The notes under the pieces: generated by a model
The model's database searches: none
Seen by the model: only the letters and a program-made list of their open reading frames with translations
What the model was told of the DNA's origin: nothing
In this document: positions 29,966 through 41,177 of the stretch, in pieces
How positions within the stretch are numbered: position 1 is the first letter of the stretch
Layout: every line of letters begins with the position of its first letter
Program-made: the position numbers and the translations under genes
Source: Methanothermococcus sp. Ax23
GTDB lineage: Archaea > AGJL01 > Methanococci > Methanococcales > Methanococcaceae
Length of the DNA: 64,000 nucleotides
Assembly (NCBI RefSeq): GCF_049075655.1
Contig: NZ_CP157522.1
Span: 736,001-800,000 of the forward strand
Direction: 5' to 3'

Positions 29966-31942
29966 TTATTCATTAACCATTTTATGGGCTTCTAACATTC
30001 CGTCTATTGCAGAGAGTATCTGTTCATCTCTGTAATATCTTAACTGCATAGCTCCACTTGGACATGCTCCTCCACATGCTCCGCATCCTTTACATGCAAT
30101 ATCATCTACGACTGCCACTACGTGACCGTCCTTTTCTTCGTAGGATATTGCTCTGTATGGACACATTGCACCACAAATTTCACATCCACCACATACGTCC
30201 TCATCTACGACTGCCCTTATCATCTCAATTTCAACCTGTCCCTGAGACATTGGAATTGCAACAGCACTTGCTGCACCTTTTGCCTGAGCTACTGTGTCAG
30301 GAATATCCTTAGGTCCCTGAGCTACACCTGCAATAGCTATACCATCAACTTTTGTATTAACTGGTGCTAATTTTGGGTGGAGCTCCTTGAAGAATCCTTC
30401 TGGACCTACATCAAGACCCATCAGCTTAGCCACATTTTTGGTGTCAGGTTTTGGCACAAGTCCTGCTGATAGAACGACTAAGTCCGCTTCAATTTCAAGG
30501 ATTTCTCCCATCAATGTGTCCTCAACCATGACTGTTAAGTTTTTGGTTTCTGGGTCTTCGCTGATACTTGCAGGTCTTCCTCTTATAAATTTAACTCCAA
30601 ACTGTTCCTGAGCTCTCTGGTAGTATTCTTGGTATCCCTTACCGAAGGACCTAATGTCCATGTAGCAGATATAAACTTCTGCGTTCGGGTCGTGCATTTT
30701 CATTAACTGAGCGTTTTTCAGTGCAAACATACAGCAAATTCTTGAACAGTAAGGATTTCCAACCTTTGCATCTCTGGAACCTACGCACTGTATAAATACA
30801 GTTCTGTGTGGATGCTTTCCATCACTTGGTCTTATTTCATGACCGCCAGTAGGTCCTGCTGGGTTAATCATCCTTTCTATTTCTAGTGTGGTGATGACAT
30901 TATCATATACTCCGTATCCGTATTCTTCCTTCAATGAAGCATCGAATTCGTCATAACCTGTTGCTGTAATTATTGTTCCTGCTTTTATTTTGATTTCCTG
31001 TGGCTTCTGGTTGTAGTCTATTGCATTAGGACCACATACTTTTGCACACAATCCACAGTCAATACAGTGTTCTTTATCTATTGTATATACCAGTGGAACA
31101 GCTTGTGGGAATGGCACATAAATTGCTTTTCTAGTACCTAATCCTAAGTCAAATTCATTAGGCACTTCAATAGGACAGACTGCGGCACATGCACCACATC
31201 CGGTACATGTGTTTTCATCCACATATCTTGCTTTTTTCTCAATTGTTACCTCAAAATTACCAATGTATCCAGAAATTTCTTTTACCTCAGCATAGGTAAT
31301 TGTTTCAATGTTAGGGTGGTTCGCTGCTGTAACCATTTTAGGTGCGAGAATTCACAGAGCACAATCATCGGTAGGGAAGGTCTTGGCGAGCTGTGCCATT
31401 CTTCCTCCGATAGATTCGTCTTTATCTACTAAATAAACTTTAAATCCTTGGTCTCCTAAGTCAAGAGCTGCCTGTATTCCAGCAATACCTGCTCCAATAA
31501 CGAGACAGCTTTTATCAACATCCACAACTTTCTGAGGAACATCCTCTAATCTCTTAGCTCTCTCTACCCCTCCGGCAACTAATTCCATAGCTTTTTTAGT
31601 TGCCGCCTCTACATCGCCCATATGGACGAATGAATCATGCTCTCTAATATTTACAAACTCTAAGTAATATGGGGATAAGCCTGCTTCTGCGAGACAATTT
31701 CTAAATGTTGGCTCGTGGATTTTTGGCGTACATGCTGCAACAACTACCCTATCCAATCCATGTTCTTTAATAGCGTCTTTAATTAAGTTCTGACCAGGGT
31801 CAGCACACATGAATGGATAGGTGGCAGTATATACTACACCATCAAGTTTAGAAGCAAATTCTTTTACTGCTTCACAATCCACAGCACCATTGATGTTGGC
31901 ACCGCAGTAGCAAACAAATACCCCAACTTTGGGGTCGCTCAT
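29966..31942 (-). CDS. hdrA: Heterodisulfide reductase subunit A, selenocysteine-containing
   Basis: Two ORFs joined by in-frame TGA at 31352-31354 (TDDCAL-U-ILAPK); GAGIAG FAD motif; ferredoxin motifs. Confidence 0.95.
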
Positions 31943-32140
31943 GTATTCACCTCCTGGTGTATGTCATTCATCAATATAATATGCGTATATAATTAATCCA
32001 ATATTATTATAAAAATATATATTCTTAAATTTTCTAATATTACATATTAAAATTATTATATATAATTAATATTGACTATAATCAGTAAATTAAATTAATT
32101 AGCGAAAAGTATATATATCTTAAAAGTGCATTATGATTAT

Positions 32141-32255
32141 GCACGGTGTGGGACAGTGGCAATGAAGTTATTTTACACCCCCCATACCCAGCTGCTGATA
32201 ACACCGTGTAGGAGACAAGTCTCCTAAATCCCATTCCCACCCCCTCATACCCCCA
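32141..32255 (+). ncRNA. Candidate sRNA divergent from hdrA
   Basis: tRNA-type promoter GCGAAAAGTATATATA at 32102; stems GCACGGTGT/ACACCGTGT and CAGTGGC/GCTGCTG with G-U pairs on +; C-rich loop and tail. Confidence 0.55.
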
Positions 32256-32502
32256 AATAAATACGGAAATAAATAATTAATGATTTAAGATATAATTTAA
32301 TGAAATTTTGATTATTTTAAACCCCTCCCCATTCTATTTTACCCCCCCCCTTTTTTTATTTAATTAAAAAAATTTTATTTTTATGTGCAGTAATATCGTT
32401 ATATTTAGATACATATATGACTTTAATTTAGGATATATTTAAATATTATTTAAAAGAATAATTCTACAAAAATATTTTTAATTTTATTAAACGAGGGATT
32501 TT

Positions 32503-33039
32503 ATGAGTATAATTCAATTATTATATAATTCATTAATATATATACTACCTGCATATATTGCAAATGCTTCGGCATGTATATTTGGTGGAGGCATGCCATT
32601 AGATGTAGGGAAAAAATTTATTGATGGTAAAAGAATAATTGGAAATGGAGTGACATACCGGGGAACTTTTTTTGGATTATTATGTGGAACTATTGTAGCT
32701 GTTTTAGAGGGTATAATTATAAATTTAAATATTGTGGGCAATACTGCATTTTATTTTAACACTTTTGAATGGGCATATGTTGGTTTTTTATTATCGCTTG
32801 GTGCCCTTTTTGGAGATATGTTTGGGAGTTTTATTAAAAGAAGAATAGGACTTGCGCAGGGGAGGCCTGCACCAATTCTTGACCAACTTGGTTTTGTTGT
32901 GTTTGCTATATTATTTGCATATCCTATTGCTCCCATCTCCTTTGAAATGATTATTATGTTGATAATTATAACGCCAACAGTTCATTTATTTGGCAACATT
33001 GTGGCATATAAATTAGGATTTAAAAAAGTGTGGTGGTAA
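32503..33039 (+). CDS. carS: CDP-archaeol synthase
   Basis: PAYIAN, GDMFGSFIKRR, PILDQL. Confidence 0.9.
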   Translation: MSIIQLLYNSLIYILPAYIANASACIFGGGMPLDVGKKFIDGKRIIGNGVTYRGTFFGLLCGTIVAVLEGIIINLNIVGNTAFYFNTFEWAYVGFLLSLGALFGDMFGSFIKRRIGLAQGRPAPILDQLGFVVFAILFAYPIAPISFEMIIMLIIITPTVHLFGNIVAYKLGFKKVWW

Positions 33040-33243
33040 TTATCAACACCATCCTATTCCATTTTTTCACTTATTTTATTATTCTCCTGTCTTCATGTGT
33101 CATATATTTTTCTTGAAAAAATATAATATTTTTTGAGAAGATACAATAATCTATAAAAAAATAAAGAAATATAGAAATACTATAATTATACATTCAATGT
33201 GATATAATATATATTAGACGCACTCATAAAAAATGGTGAAAAC

Positions 33244-33723
33244 ATGATTACCCTTGATTTAGAGTTAAGAGATGTTCCTGGTGAATTAATAAGAGCTCTA
33301 ACACCTATCTCAAACATGGGAGTTAATATATTTAGTGTGATACATTTAAGAGAAAAGAAGACAGATGGTAGGGTCCCTGTAAGGGTTGTTATCAATGATG
33401 TAGATAGTAAATTATTAAACGATGTAATAAATAAACTTGAAGAAATGGACATAATTATTACAAAAGTAAATGAAACAATCCGAAAAACAGATATTGACAT
33501 AGTTGTTGTTGGTCATGTAGTTGATACGGATGTAAGGGATACAATAGACCGACTAAACAAATATGGTATTGTTGTAGATTTAGACCTTTCAATGCCTGAC
33601 CCATTTAAAGAATCTTCTGCAAGAATGAAAGTAATAATAGAGACTGATAAATTAGATGATTTATGTAAGGAACTCGACAAAATATCAGAGGAAAAGAACT
33701 TGCTGTTTATTAAATCCTTTTAA
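33244..33723 (+). CDS. ACT-domain protein (homoserine dehydrogenase-associated regulator)
   Basis: DVPGEL, GHVVDTDVRDTID; upstream of hom. Confidence 0.8.
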   Translation: MITLDLELRDVPGELIRALTPISNMGVNIFSVIHLREKKTDGRVPVRVVINDVDSKLLNDVINKLEEMDIIITKVNETIRKTDIDIVVVGHVVDTDVRDTIDRLNKYGIVVDLDLSMPDPFKESSARMKVIIETDKLDDLCKELDKISEEKNLLFIKSF

Positions 33724-33748
33724 TATAATAAACTTATGAGGAGAAAAT

Positions 33749-34764
33749 ATGAAGGTAATATTGGTCGGTTTTGGAGTAATCGGTAAAGGAGTAGTAAAAG
33801 TCATAGAAGAAAAAAAGAGTATTTAAAAAGTAAATATGGTATGGATTTGAAAGTCGTGGCTATCTGTGATAGAAGCGGTGCGGCAATAGATGAGAATGGT
33901 TTGGATTTAAAAACTGCATTAAAGGTTAAGGAAGAAACTGGAAAAATATCAAATTATCCTGAAAAAGGAACAAATATGTCCATTGTTGATGTTATAAAAA
34001 CAGTTGATGCCGATGCCATTGTTGAAGCCACCCCTACCGATATAGAAACAGGAGAGCCTGCAAAAACCCATATGATTGAGGCATTTAAAAACGGAAAACA
34101 TGTAATTACTGCAAATAAAGGACCTCTTGCACTGTATTTTAATGAATTAATATCATGTGCTGAAAAATACAATAAAATATTTAGGTATGAAGCCTCTGTT
34201 GGAGGAGCAATGCCTATAATAAATTTGGCAAAGGAAACACTTGCGGGAAATGAAATAACTGAGATAAAAGGAATACTGAACGGAACTACGAACTATATAT
34301 TAACAAAAATGGAGAAGGAAAAACTCGATTTTGATACGGTATTAAAAGAGGCACAGGAGCTCGGCATAGCAGAGACTAACCCACATCAAGATATAAGCGG
34401 ACTTGACACTGCTGCGAAAATAGTAATACTTGCAAACTCGATTATGAATAAAAATGTTACCATAAAGGATGTTAAACTGGAAGGAATTACAAGAATTACG
34501 CCTGAGGCATTAACAATGGCTAATAAAAGCGGATATACTATAAAACTCATCGGAGAAGTGAGTGAAAATAAACTTGAAGTGGGTCCAAAATTAATACCAA
34601 TTGACGACCCCATGAATGTGAAAGGTTCTCTAAATGTTGCAATGTTAAATACCGACTTGGCAAAAGAAGTTGTTGTAGTTGGTAGAGGTGCGGGAGATAT
34701 AGAAACCTCATCTGCTATTTTAAGTGATATTATAAGTGTATATTTAAGAACTAAAAATGAATAA
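33749..34764 (+). CDS. hom: Homoserine dehydrogenase (frameshift in A-run 33810-33816)
   Basis: [12 protein letters not shown] from 33749; one extra A joins it to the ORF at 33841; [20 protein letters not shown]. Confidence 0.88.
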
Positions 34765-34950
34765 TAAATTATAATTATGTTCAATTATTTTTTTTGAAAT
34801 TTTTAAAATTTAAAATCAATATGCATATATAAATATTAAAATAATATTAAAATTGATTATAAGACTTATTTATAAAAAATATTAAAGATTAACAATGATA
34901 TTATGTAGTTAATGGTAAATGGCATTTACCATAATATAGAGGTGTGGGGT

Positions 34951-36285
34951 ATGAGGATAAAAAATAAAAAGCTTAGTTTATGGGAAACTGTATCTATGGC
35001 TGTTGGAGTAATGGTTGGAGCTAGTATATTTTCTATTTTTGGAGTTGGTGCTAAAATAGCTGGAAAATGTCTTCCAGAAACTTTTATATTGTCTGGAATT
35101 TATGCACTTTTGGTTGCATATTCCTACGCAAAACTTGGGGCAAAAATAATTTCAGATGCAGGACCCATAGCTTATATACATAATGCCATAGGAGATAATA
35201 TAATTACTGGTGCTTTGAGTATTTTACTCTGGATAAGTTATGTTATATCGATTGCCTTATTTGCAAAGGGGTTTGCAGGTTATTTTTTACCATTAATAAA
35301 TGCTCCAATGACTACATTTAATATGGTTATATCTGAAATCGGTATAGTTGCATTTTTCACCGCTTTAAACTTTTTTGGCTCCAAAGCTGTGGGAAAGGCT
35401 GAATTTTTTATTGTTTTGATTAAATTGTTAATATTGGGACTATTTATATTTACTGGACTAATGACTATAAATCCGTCATATATAATTCCTGATTTATCTC
35501 CATCTTCAATAAATGGGACAATATTTGCGTCTGCCATATTTTTCTTATCCTATATGGGATTTGGAGTTATAACAAACGCCTCAGAGCATATTGAAAATCC
35601 TAAAAAGAATATCCCAAGGGCAATATTCATAAGTATATTTTTAGTAATGTGTGTATATATTGGCGTTGCCCTATCGGCAATAGGAAATTTACCAATAGAT
35701 GAGTTAATTAAAGCCAGTGAAAATGCTTTGGCAGTAGCGGCAAAGCCATTTTTGGGAAACTTAGGATTTTTATTAATCTCCATTGGAGCTTTATTTTCAA
35801 TTTCATCAGCAATGAATGCTACAATATATGGGGGAGCTAATGTTGCCTATTCATTGGCAAAAGATGGAAAGCTCCCAAAATTTTTTGAAAGAAAGGTATG
35901 GTTCAAATCCACAGAGGGGCTTTATATCACATCAGCTCTCGGAATATTGTTTGCATTACTATTTAATATGGAGGGTGTAGCATCAATAACAAGTGCTGTA
36001 TTTATGATGATATACCTCTTTGTTATTCTTTCCCATTATATCCTTATTGATAAAATTGGAGGAAAAAGAGAAATTGTGGTTTTTAGTTTTATTGTGGTGC
36101 TGGGAGTTTTCCTACTTCTATTGTATTACCAATGGATAATTCATAGATTTGTATTTTATGGAATAATAACAACATTTATCGGAGTGTTAATCTTTGAAAT
36201 AATATATAGAAAAATAATGAATAGAACATTCCCCAATATAAAAAATGCCATAAAATTAGGTAATTATAAAAAAATGAATGAATAA
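34951..36285 (+). CDS. APC-family amino acid permease
   Basis: GVMVGASIF, SYMGFG, about 12 TM helices. Confidence 0.85.
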   Translation: MRIKNKKLSLWETVSMAVGVMVGASIFSIFGVGAKIAGKCLPETFILSGIYALLVAYSYAKLGAKIISDAGPIAYIHNAIGDNIITGALSILLWISYVISIALFAKGFAGYFLPLINAPMTTFNMVISEIGIVAFFTALNFFGSKAVGKAEFFIVLIKLLILGLFIFTGLMTINPSYIIPDLSPSSINGTIFASAIFFLSYMGFGVITNASEHIENPKKNIPRAIFISIFLVMCVYIGVALSAIGNLPIDELIKASENALAVAAKPFLGNLGFLLISIGALFSISSAMNATIYGGANVAYSLAKDGKLPKFFERKVWFKSTEGLYITSALGILFALLFNMEGVASITSAVFMMIYLFVILSHYILIDKIGGKREIVVFSFIVVLGVFLLLLYYQWIIHRFVFYGIITTFIGVLIFEIIYRKIMNRTFPNIKNAIKLGNYKKMNE

Positions 36286-36318
36286 TATAGTCAAAATTAA
36301 TTAAATAAATAATTTGTT

Positions 36319-37614
36319 TTATTTTAATGTTTTAAATACTTCCTCAATGGCATTTAATGTTTTTTCAACAACTTCATCGTTATGTTTTATGGAAGTGAAA
36401 CAGCATTCAAACTGAGATGGTGCTATGAATACGCCGTTATCCAAGAGACCATAGAAGTATTTCATAAATCTTTCTGTATTGCTCTTTTTGGCAGTTTCAT
36501 AATCTAAAACTTCATTTTCGTTGAAATATATTTGGAACATCGAGCTCACATTATATACTTGATTTGGTATTTCGTATTTTTCAGCGGTTTCCCCTATGAA
36601 ATCGCTTATTTTTTTGGCAGTTTTTGAAGTGTAGCTGTAAAACTCATCGTTAAGGTTTTTCAATGTTTCAATACCGGCGGTAACTGAAATTGGATTTCCA
36701 TTAAATGTTCCAGCCTGATAGATAGTTCCATTTGGTGAGAAGTTTTCCATGAGCTCCTTCTTACCAACAATTGCACCAATTGGGAAACCACCTCCTACTA
36801 TCTTACCAACAGTTGCCAAGTCTGGAACAACGCCGTAGTATTCCTGAGCTCCCCCTGGTGCTATTCTGAATCCAGTAATTACCTCATCGAATATTAATAT
36901 TATATCGTTTTCCTCTGTTATTTCTCTCAAAAATTCTAAATATCCCTCTTTTGGTGGTATGCATCCCACATTGCCCATTACTGGCTCAACAATGAGACAT
37001 GCTATTTCATCTTTATTTTCATTTATTACCTTTTTAACAGCATCCTCATCGTTGAATGGAATTAAAAGGGTGTTTTTTGTGGTTTCTTCTGGAATCCCTG
37101 GTGAGTTTGGAGCTCCATGTGTGAGAGCTCCGCTTCCACTTTTCACAAGCACATAGTCATGAGCTCCGTGGTATGCACCATCGAATTTTATAATTTTATT
37201 TTTCCCAGTAATTCCCCTCGCAAGTCTAATGGCACTCATAGTGGCTTCTGTTCCGGAATTTACAAACCTTACCATCTCTGCACAGGGCATCCTATTTATT
37301 ATTTCCTTTGCAAGAATAATTTCCTTTTCAGTAGGGCATCCATAGGCAGTTCCTAATTCAAGCTGTTCCTTTACAGCGTTTGCTATGTTCTCATTTGCAT
37401 GCCCCAATACAGCAGGGCCATAAGCTAAACAGTAATCAATATATTTATTTCCATCTACATCAAACAAATAACAATCCTTTGCCTTTTCAACGAAAAATGG
37501 ATATGGTTTGAAGTATCTTACTGGACTATTTACACCTTTTACAAGATATTTCTGTGCTTCTTCAAATAATTCCTTTGATTTTGACAGATTTATATTTTTG
37601 AACTCCTCATACAT
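36319..37614 (-). CDS. hemL: Glutamate-1-semialdehyde 2,1-aminomutase
   Basis: [29 protein letters not shown]. Confidence 0.95.
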   Translation of the reverse strand: MYEEFKNINLSKSKELFEEAQKYLVKGVNSPVRYFKPYPFFVEKAKDCYLFDVDGNKYIDYCLAYGPAVLGHANENIANAVKEQLELGTAYGCPTEKEIILAKEIINRMPCAEMVRFVNSGTEATMSAIRLARGITGKNKIIKFDGAYHGAHDYVLVKSGSGALTHGAPNSPGIPEETTKNTLLIPFNDEDAVKKVINENKDEIACLIVEPVMGNVGCIPPKEGYLEFLREITEENDIILIFDEVITGFRIAPGGAQEYYGVVPDLATVGKIVGGGFPIGAIVGKKELMENFSPNGTIYQAGTFNGNPISVTAGIETLKNLNDEFYSYTSKTAKKISDFIGETAEKYEIPNQVYNVSSMFQIYFNENEVLDYETAKKSNTERFMKYFYGLLDNGVFIAPSQFECCFTSIKHNDEVVEKTLNAIEEVFKTLK

Positions 37615-37634
37615 ATTTATCCCTTCTTATATTT

Positions 37635-37913
37635 TTAAAGTAATACTCCATTATACACTAAAACCCAAAAAACAATTGCTGTGAAAAAGTAAGGAACACC
37701 TCCGCTTCCCAGCCACTGTTTTTGGCTTAGGCTTTCTTTACCAAATACCATTGCGGTAATATGTCCAGTTATTATAAGTCCTACGAATAGAAACAGCAAT
37801 GATGCAATACCGCTGAAAATCCCAAGACCTGCGGTATATACGTAGTTAGTTAATAATCCAAATGCTATTCCTCCAATCGTATGGACTATTGCTGATTTTC
37901 CTTCTAAATCCAT
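37635..37913 (-). CDS. Small 3-TM membrane protein (archaeal EMC6-like)
   Basis: Three TM helices; W..SGG.PYF..W motif. Confidence 0.6.
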   Translation of the reverse strand: MDLEGKSAIVHTIGGIAFGLLTNYVYTAGLGIFSGIASLLFLFVGLIITGHITAMVFGKESLSQKQWLGSGGVPYFFTAIVFWVLVYNGVLL

Positions 37914-37989
37914 AATTGCACCTTTTGATTTTAAAATTTCATTGTTTTGTATTATATGTATTGTTATTATTGCTATTATTATGGTTTTA

Positions 37990-38232
37990 TTATTCCTTTA
38001 TTAATTCTTTAATTTTATATATATTAATTGATTCCTTTGGCCGTTTGCTTTTTTCTGTGTAAGAATAGTCAATTAATACCTCAACTTCTTCATTTACATC
38101 CAGAGTTCTATTTGTTAGAATTAAATCCCCTTCTTCGAGCAAAAAAGCAAATTTTCGTTTTGTTTTTAAAGAGCCTTTATCGATTAATAGCTTTTCTTCA
38201 TCTACAATCGGTTCTATTGTTGAATAGTGCAT
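37990..38232 (-). CDS. Hypothetical protein
   Basis: ORF in a tightly packed operon. Confidence 0.6.
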   Translation of the reverse strand: MHYSTIEPIVDEEKLLIDKGSLKTKRKFAFLLEEGDLILTNRTLDVNEEVEVLIDYSYTEKSKRPKESINIYKIKELIKE

Positions 38233-38240
38233 AATATCCC

Positions 38241-38675
38241 TTAAACAAATATATAAACCGTTTTTCCACAAACATCGATAGTTTCAAAGTCTTCTGAGTC
38301 CAATTTCTCATCCAAAATTTCAATTTTATCTTTATTTGTAATATCATTTGATATTAGCTCTATTACTGGTTTTAAGTCTTCATCATCGGCATATACTTTA
38401 ACCTTTGTTTTAAACCTTCTAGCAAGTCGTGCAATATCTCTCAATGCCAGTTTTGCCTCGGTGAATAATATTAAATAGCTTTTTGCGTTTTCTATATTTT
38501 CCTTTTCACCATAAAGCACAGGATACTCCTTATCAAATAATTCATCTTTTTTTACTTCATAATTAACTCCACAAGTTTCTATAACTCTAACTATAACAGA
38601 TTGTGGAATTCCCGGCGGAAGTGGAATTTCTACAATATTATTTAATACATCATCAAAATTGCTTGCTTCATCCAT
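38241..38675 (-). CDS. Conserved hypothetical protein
   Basis: LPPGIPQ motif; GGAGG RBS. Confidence 0.65.
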   Translation of the reverse strand: MDEASNFDDVLNNIVEIPLPPGIPQSVIVRVIETCGVNYEVKKDELFDKEYPVLYGEKENIENAKSYLILFTEAKLALRDIARLARRFKTKVKVYADDEDLKPVIELISNDITNKDKIEILDEKLDSEDFETIDVCGKTVYIFV

Positions 38676-38767
38676 GGTTTCTTCTCCTCCTTGTAAATTG
38701 TATAAAAATAATAAAAATAGTGGCATATATTTATTAATAATATATTGACAATTGCAAATATATTATA

Positions 38768-39664
38768 TTATTCAACCTCGGAAGTTGGTTTTATTTTAAC
38801 AAGTATATAATTTTTCATCTCAGATTTTGAGATATATGCTATATCTTTTAATAAGTATTTTCCAACTTTAACATTTTCTATTTTTTCATGGTATGTGTCA
38901 TAATCCAGTTTTATTCTTAAACCATCCAACTGGGTTACAACAGGCATTGGAGAAAGGATATTAAATATCTCATCTACCTTTTTTTCCAGTTCATCCTTCA
39001 ACACAACAGGGGGAATTACAGGGGGGTCGTATGAGAGCTCCTCCCTTTTTCGATTAATCAATTTTGTAATTTCATCCACCATCTTTTTTAAAGCCTGTCT
39101 CTCTTCACTATGCCTTAGTCGGTGAGCTCTTCTTCCTAAATTTCCCACATATGGATAAGGTATGTCCAGTTTTTCAGGACCTCCTGTTATTACAACTGGG
39201 ATATCTACATCAAATAAATGGGTTTTATCCAATAGGCAGCTTTCAAAATTCCCCATGACATAAACTGCAATATCGTGTTCTTCTATTAATCTTTTTTCTT
39301 TTTCTTTGATACTGCTGATGCTTTTCCCTGCACCATGGGCTAATCCTATCATGTTTGGTTTTGCTCCAAATCTTCTAACATATTCTGAAATATCGCATGC
39401 TGTGTGGGGAAGGTGATGCCTCGATAAACTGGGAGCTACCACTGCGATTTCCGTTCCAGCCAATGGGGTTTCGACGACTTTTCCCTTATACTTTTTGGAT
39501 TCTATTTTAAAGTTTTCTATTTCATTTTGAGGTAATGCAATTGTCATATATACATCTAACTGCATGATATGCTCCTGTATTACAAACCCCCCTACATCTT
39601 CAATCCACTCTTTGAGTATGTTGTTTTTATAAACTCCACCTTCATATCTAACAATTTCATACAT
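38768..39664 (-). CDS. Methanogenesis marker protein 7
   Basis: YEGGVYK, EDVGG, SRHHLPHTACDISEY. Confidence 0.8.
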   Translation of the reverse strand: MYEIVRYEGGVYKNNILKEWIEDVGGFVIQEHIMQLDVYMTIALPQNEIENFKIESKKYKGKVVETPLAGTEIAVVAPSLSRHHLPHTACDISEYVRRFGAKPNMIGLAHGAGKSISSIKEKEKRLIEEHDIAVYVMGNFESCLLDKTHLFDVDIPVVITGGPEKLDIPYPYVGNLGRRAHRLRHSEERQALKKMVDEITKLINRKREELSYDPPVIPPVVLKDELEKKVDEIFNILSPMPVVTQLDGLRIKLDYDTYHEKIENVKVGKYLLKDIAYISKSEMKNYILVKIKPTSEVE

Positions 39665-39707
39665 TTTTCCACCAAGGATTATGCTATTAATATAATTAGA
39701 AATATAA

Positions 39708-40673
39708 TTAGAAATCAGACCGGATGGTAATTGTCCCAAATGTTTTTTTGCTTTCTTTGAATGATGTTACATCAGTTATAATCCTTTGAATCGCTGATTT
39801 TTCATCAATAAGTGTTATATGGTCCGTGATTACAATTTCTTCAAAACCGTATTTCTCTATGGTTTTTAAAATTTCATGAATAATATTCATCTGCAAGATA
39901 TTTATTGATTTGGTTGTTATAGATATATGGTCTATGTTATCCCCACTTTTCATTATTTTAGCCAGAGGTTCCCAATCTCGTGTTAGCATTTCTATATAGT
40001 CATCTTTTTCAGATACTATATAATCCCTTCCACCAAGTAATATTATTAAATCCTCTGCAAGTTTTTTTAATTTTGAATTCTTATCTTTGTCGTAAAAATA
40101 AAAGTTTGTTATTCTGGAACATTTCTGGATTTTTGAAGTTTTTTCACTGTATATTCGGTATGTTTTTACAATATCTCCCCTACTTACAATACCCATAAGG
40201 TTTCCCTTGCCATCCACGACTAAAAGCCTTCCAATATCATTTTTTGCCATTATTTTTTGTGATTCTGATGCGGAGGTTTCAGGAGATATTAATATAAGCT
40301 GGTCTTTTGGAGTCATTATATCTTTAATAGTTTTTTTGTTAGTTTTTTCCAAATCTTTAAATGTAACAACCCCTATTAACTTTCCATTTTCATCTACAAC
40401 AGGATATCCCATATGTCTATAATGTTCAATATATTCCCTTAATTTGCTAATATCGTCGTCTTTGTTAATTGTGATAATATGTTTAGTCATAATATTTTTA
40501 ACAGGTATTTTTTCTAAAATCCTTAAATCGTAAAGTTTTATTAAATCCTCTTCAGCCTCCTTTACAAAAACATTAATATTATCAAATATATGCGATAGTG
40601 AGTTCTGCTCTAATCCAATATTATATACTCTTTCTACTGTTGAAAGTTTTTTAAACAACATATTAACCACCAA
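39708..40673 (-). CDS. CBS-domain protein
   Basis: Two CBS repeats (VKNIMT...PVVD...GVVT; IKDIMT...LVVD...GIVS). Confidence 0.85.
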   Translation of the reverse strand: MVVNMLFKKLSTVERVYNIGLEQNSLSHIFDNINVFVKEAEEDLIKLYDLRILEKIPVKNIMTKHIITINKDDDISKLREYIEHYRHMGYPVVDENGKLIGVVTFKDLEKTNKKTIKDIMTPKDQLILISPETSASESQKIMAKNDIGRLLVVDGKGNLMGIVSRGDIVKTYRIYSEKTSKIQKCSRITNFYFYDKDKNSKLKKLAEDLIILLGGRDYIVSEKDDYIEMLTRDWEPLAKIMKSGDNIDHISITTKSINILQMNIIHEILKTIEKYGFEEIVITDHITLIDEKSAIQRIITDVTSFKESKKTFGTITIRSDF

Positions 40674-40857
40674 TTTATTGTAAAAAATTAATCCTCCCTT
40701 ATCATAAAAAATATATTCTTACAATATTAATGTTAAAATTAATATATATTATCCTATATAAATAATATAATTGAAAATTATTATTTAATTATGAATATGT
40801 GCCCTACAAAACATCAAGTTATTATTAATTCCATATGGTATATCGAAATAATTATTG

Positions 40858-41017
40858 TTTTCGCTTACGAAGTAAGGGAGCATTAAAATTGTTTCACAAT
40901 TTCAAGCTTCGAAAGTTGAAAACTTTCGATGTCGAAGCGAATCCAAAGGATTCACTGACTTACAAAAACTCTTCGAGTTTTTGTCAAGCAACGAAAACCT
41001 GAAAGGTTTTTCGCCTA
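40858..41017. repeat. Composite palindromic repeat element
   Basis: Series of hairpins (GCTTAC-GAA-GTAAG, CGAAAGTT/AACTTTCG, GAATCC/GGATTC, CAAAAACTC/GAGTTTTTG, CGAAAACC/GGTTTTTCG); ends match the 8072 element. Confidence 0.75.
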
Positions 41018-41049
41018 ATTGAAAAAATTCAAAAGATTAAGTTTTACAA

Positions 41050-41151
41050 TCATGTTTCACGCTTTTTCAGTAATTTCCACAGAAAATATGCTGAACCGCC
41101 CCACAATATTATTGCACCAAATAAAAACATTATTATTGCAGATTTATTCAT
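41050..41151 (-). CDS. NSS transporter small subunit (MetS-like), 33 aa
   Basis: MNKSAIIMFLFGAIILWGG...; GGTG RBS; directly downstream of the NSS transporter. Confidence 0.7.
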   Translation of the reverse strand: MNKSAIIMFLFGAIILWGGSAYFLWKLLKKRET

Positions 41152-41177
41152 TTAGACACCTTTTTTACTGCATTTTT

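Noticed and set aside
23965-31942. Split hdrA, fwuB, vhuD and vhuU as pseudogenes
   Set aside because: The breaks are in-frame TGA codons at Cys-equivalent positions with SECIS hairpins downstream, i.e. known selenoproteins.
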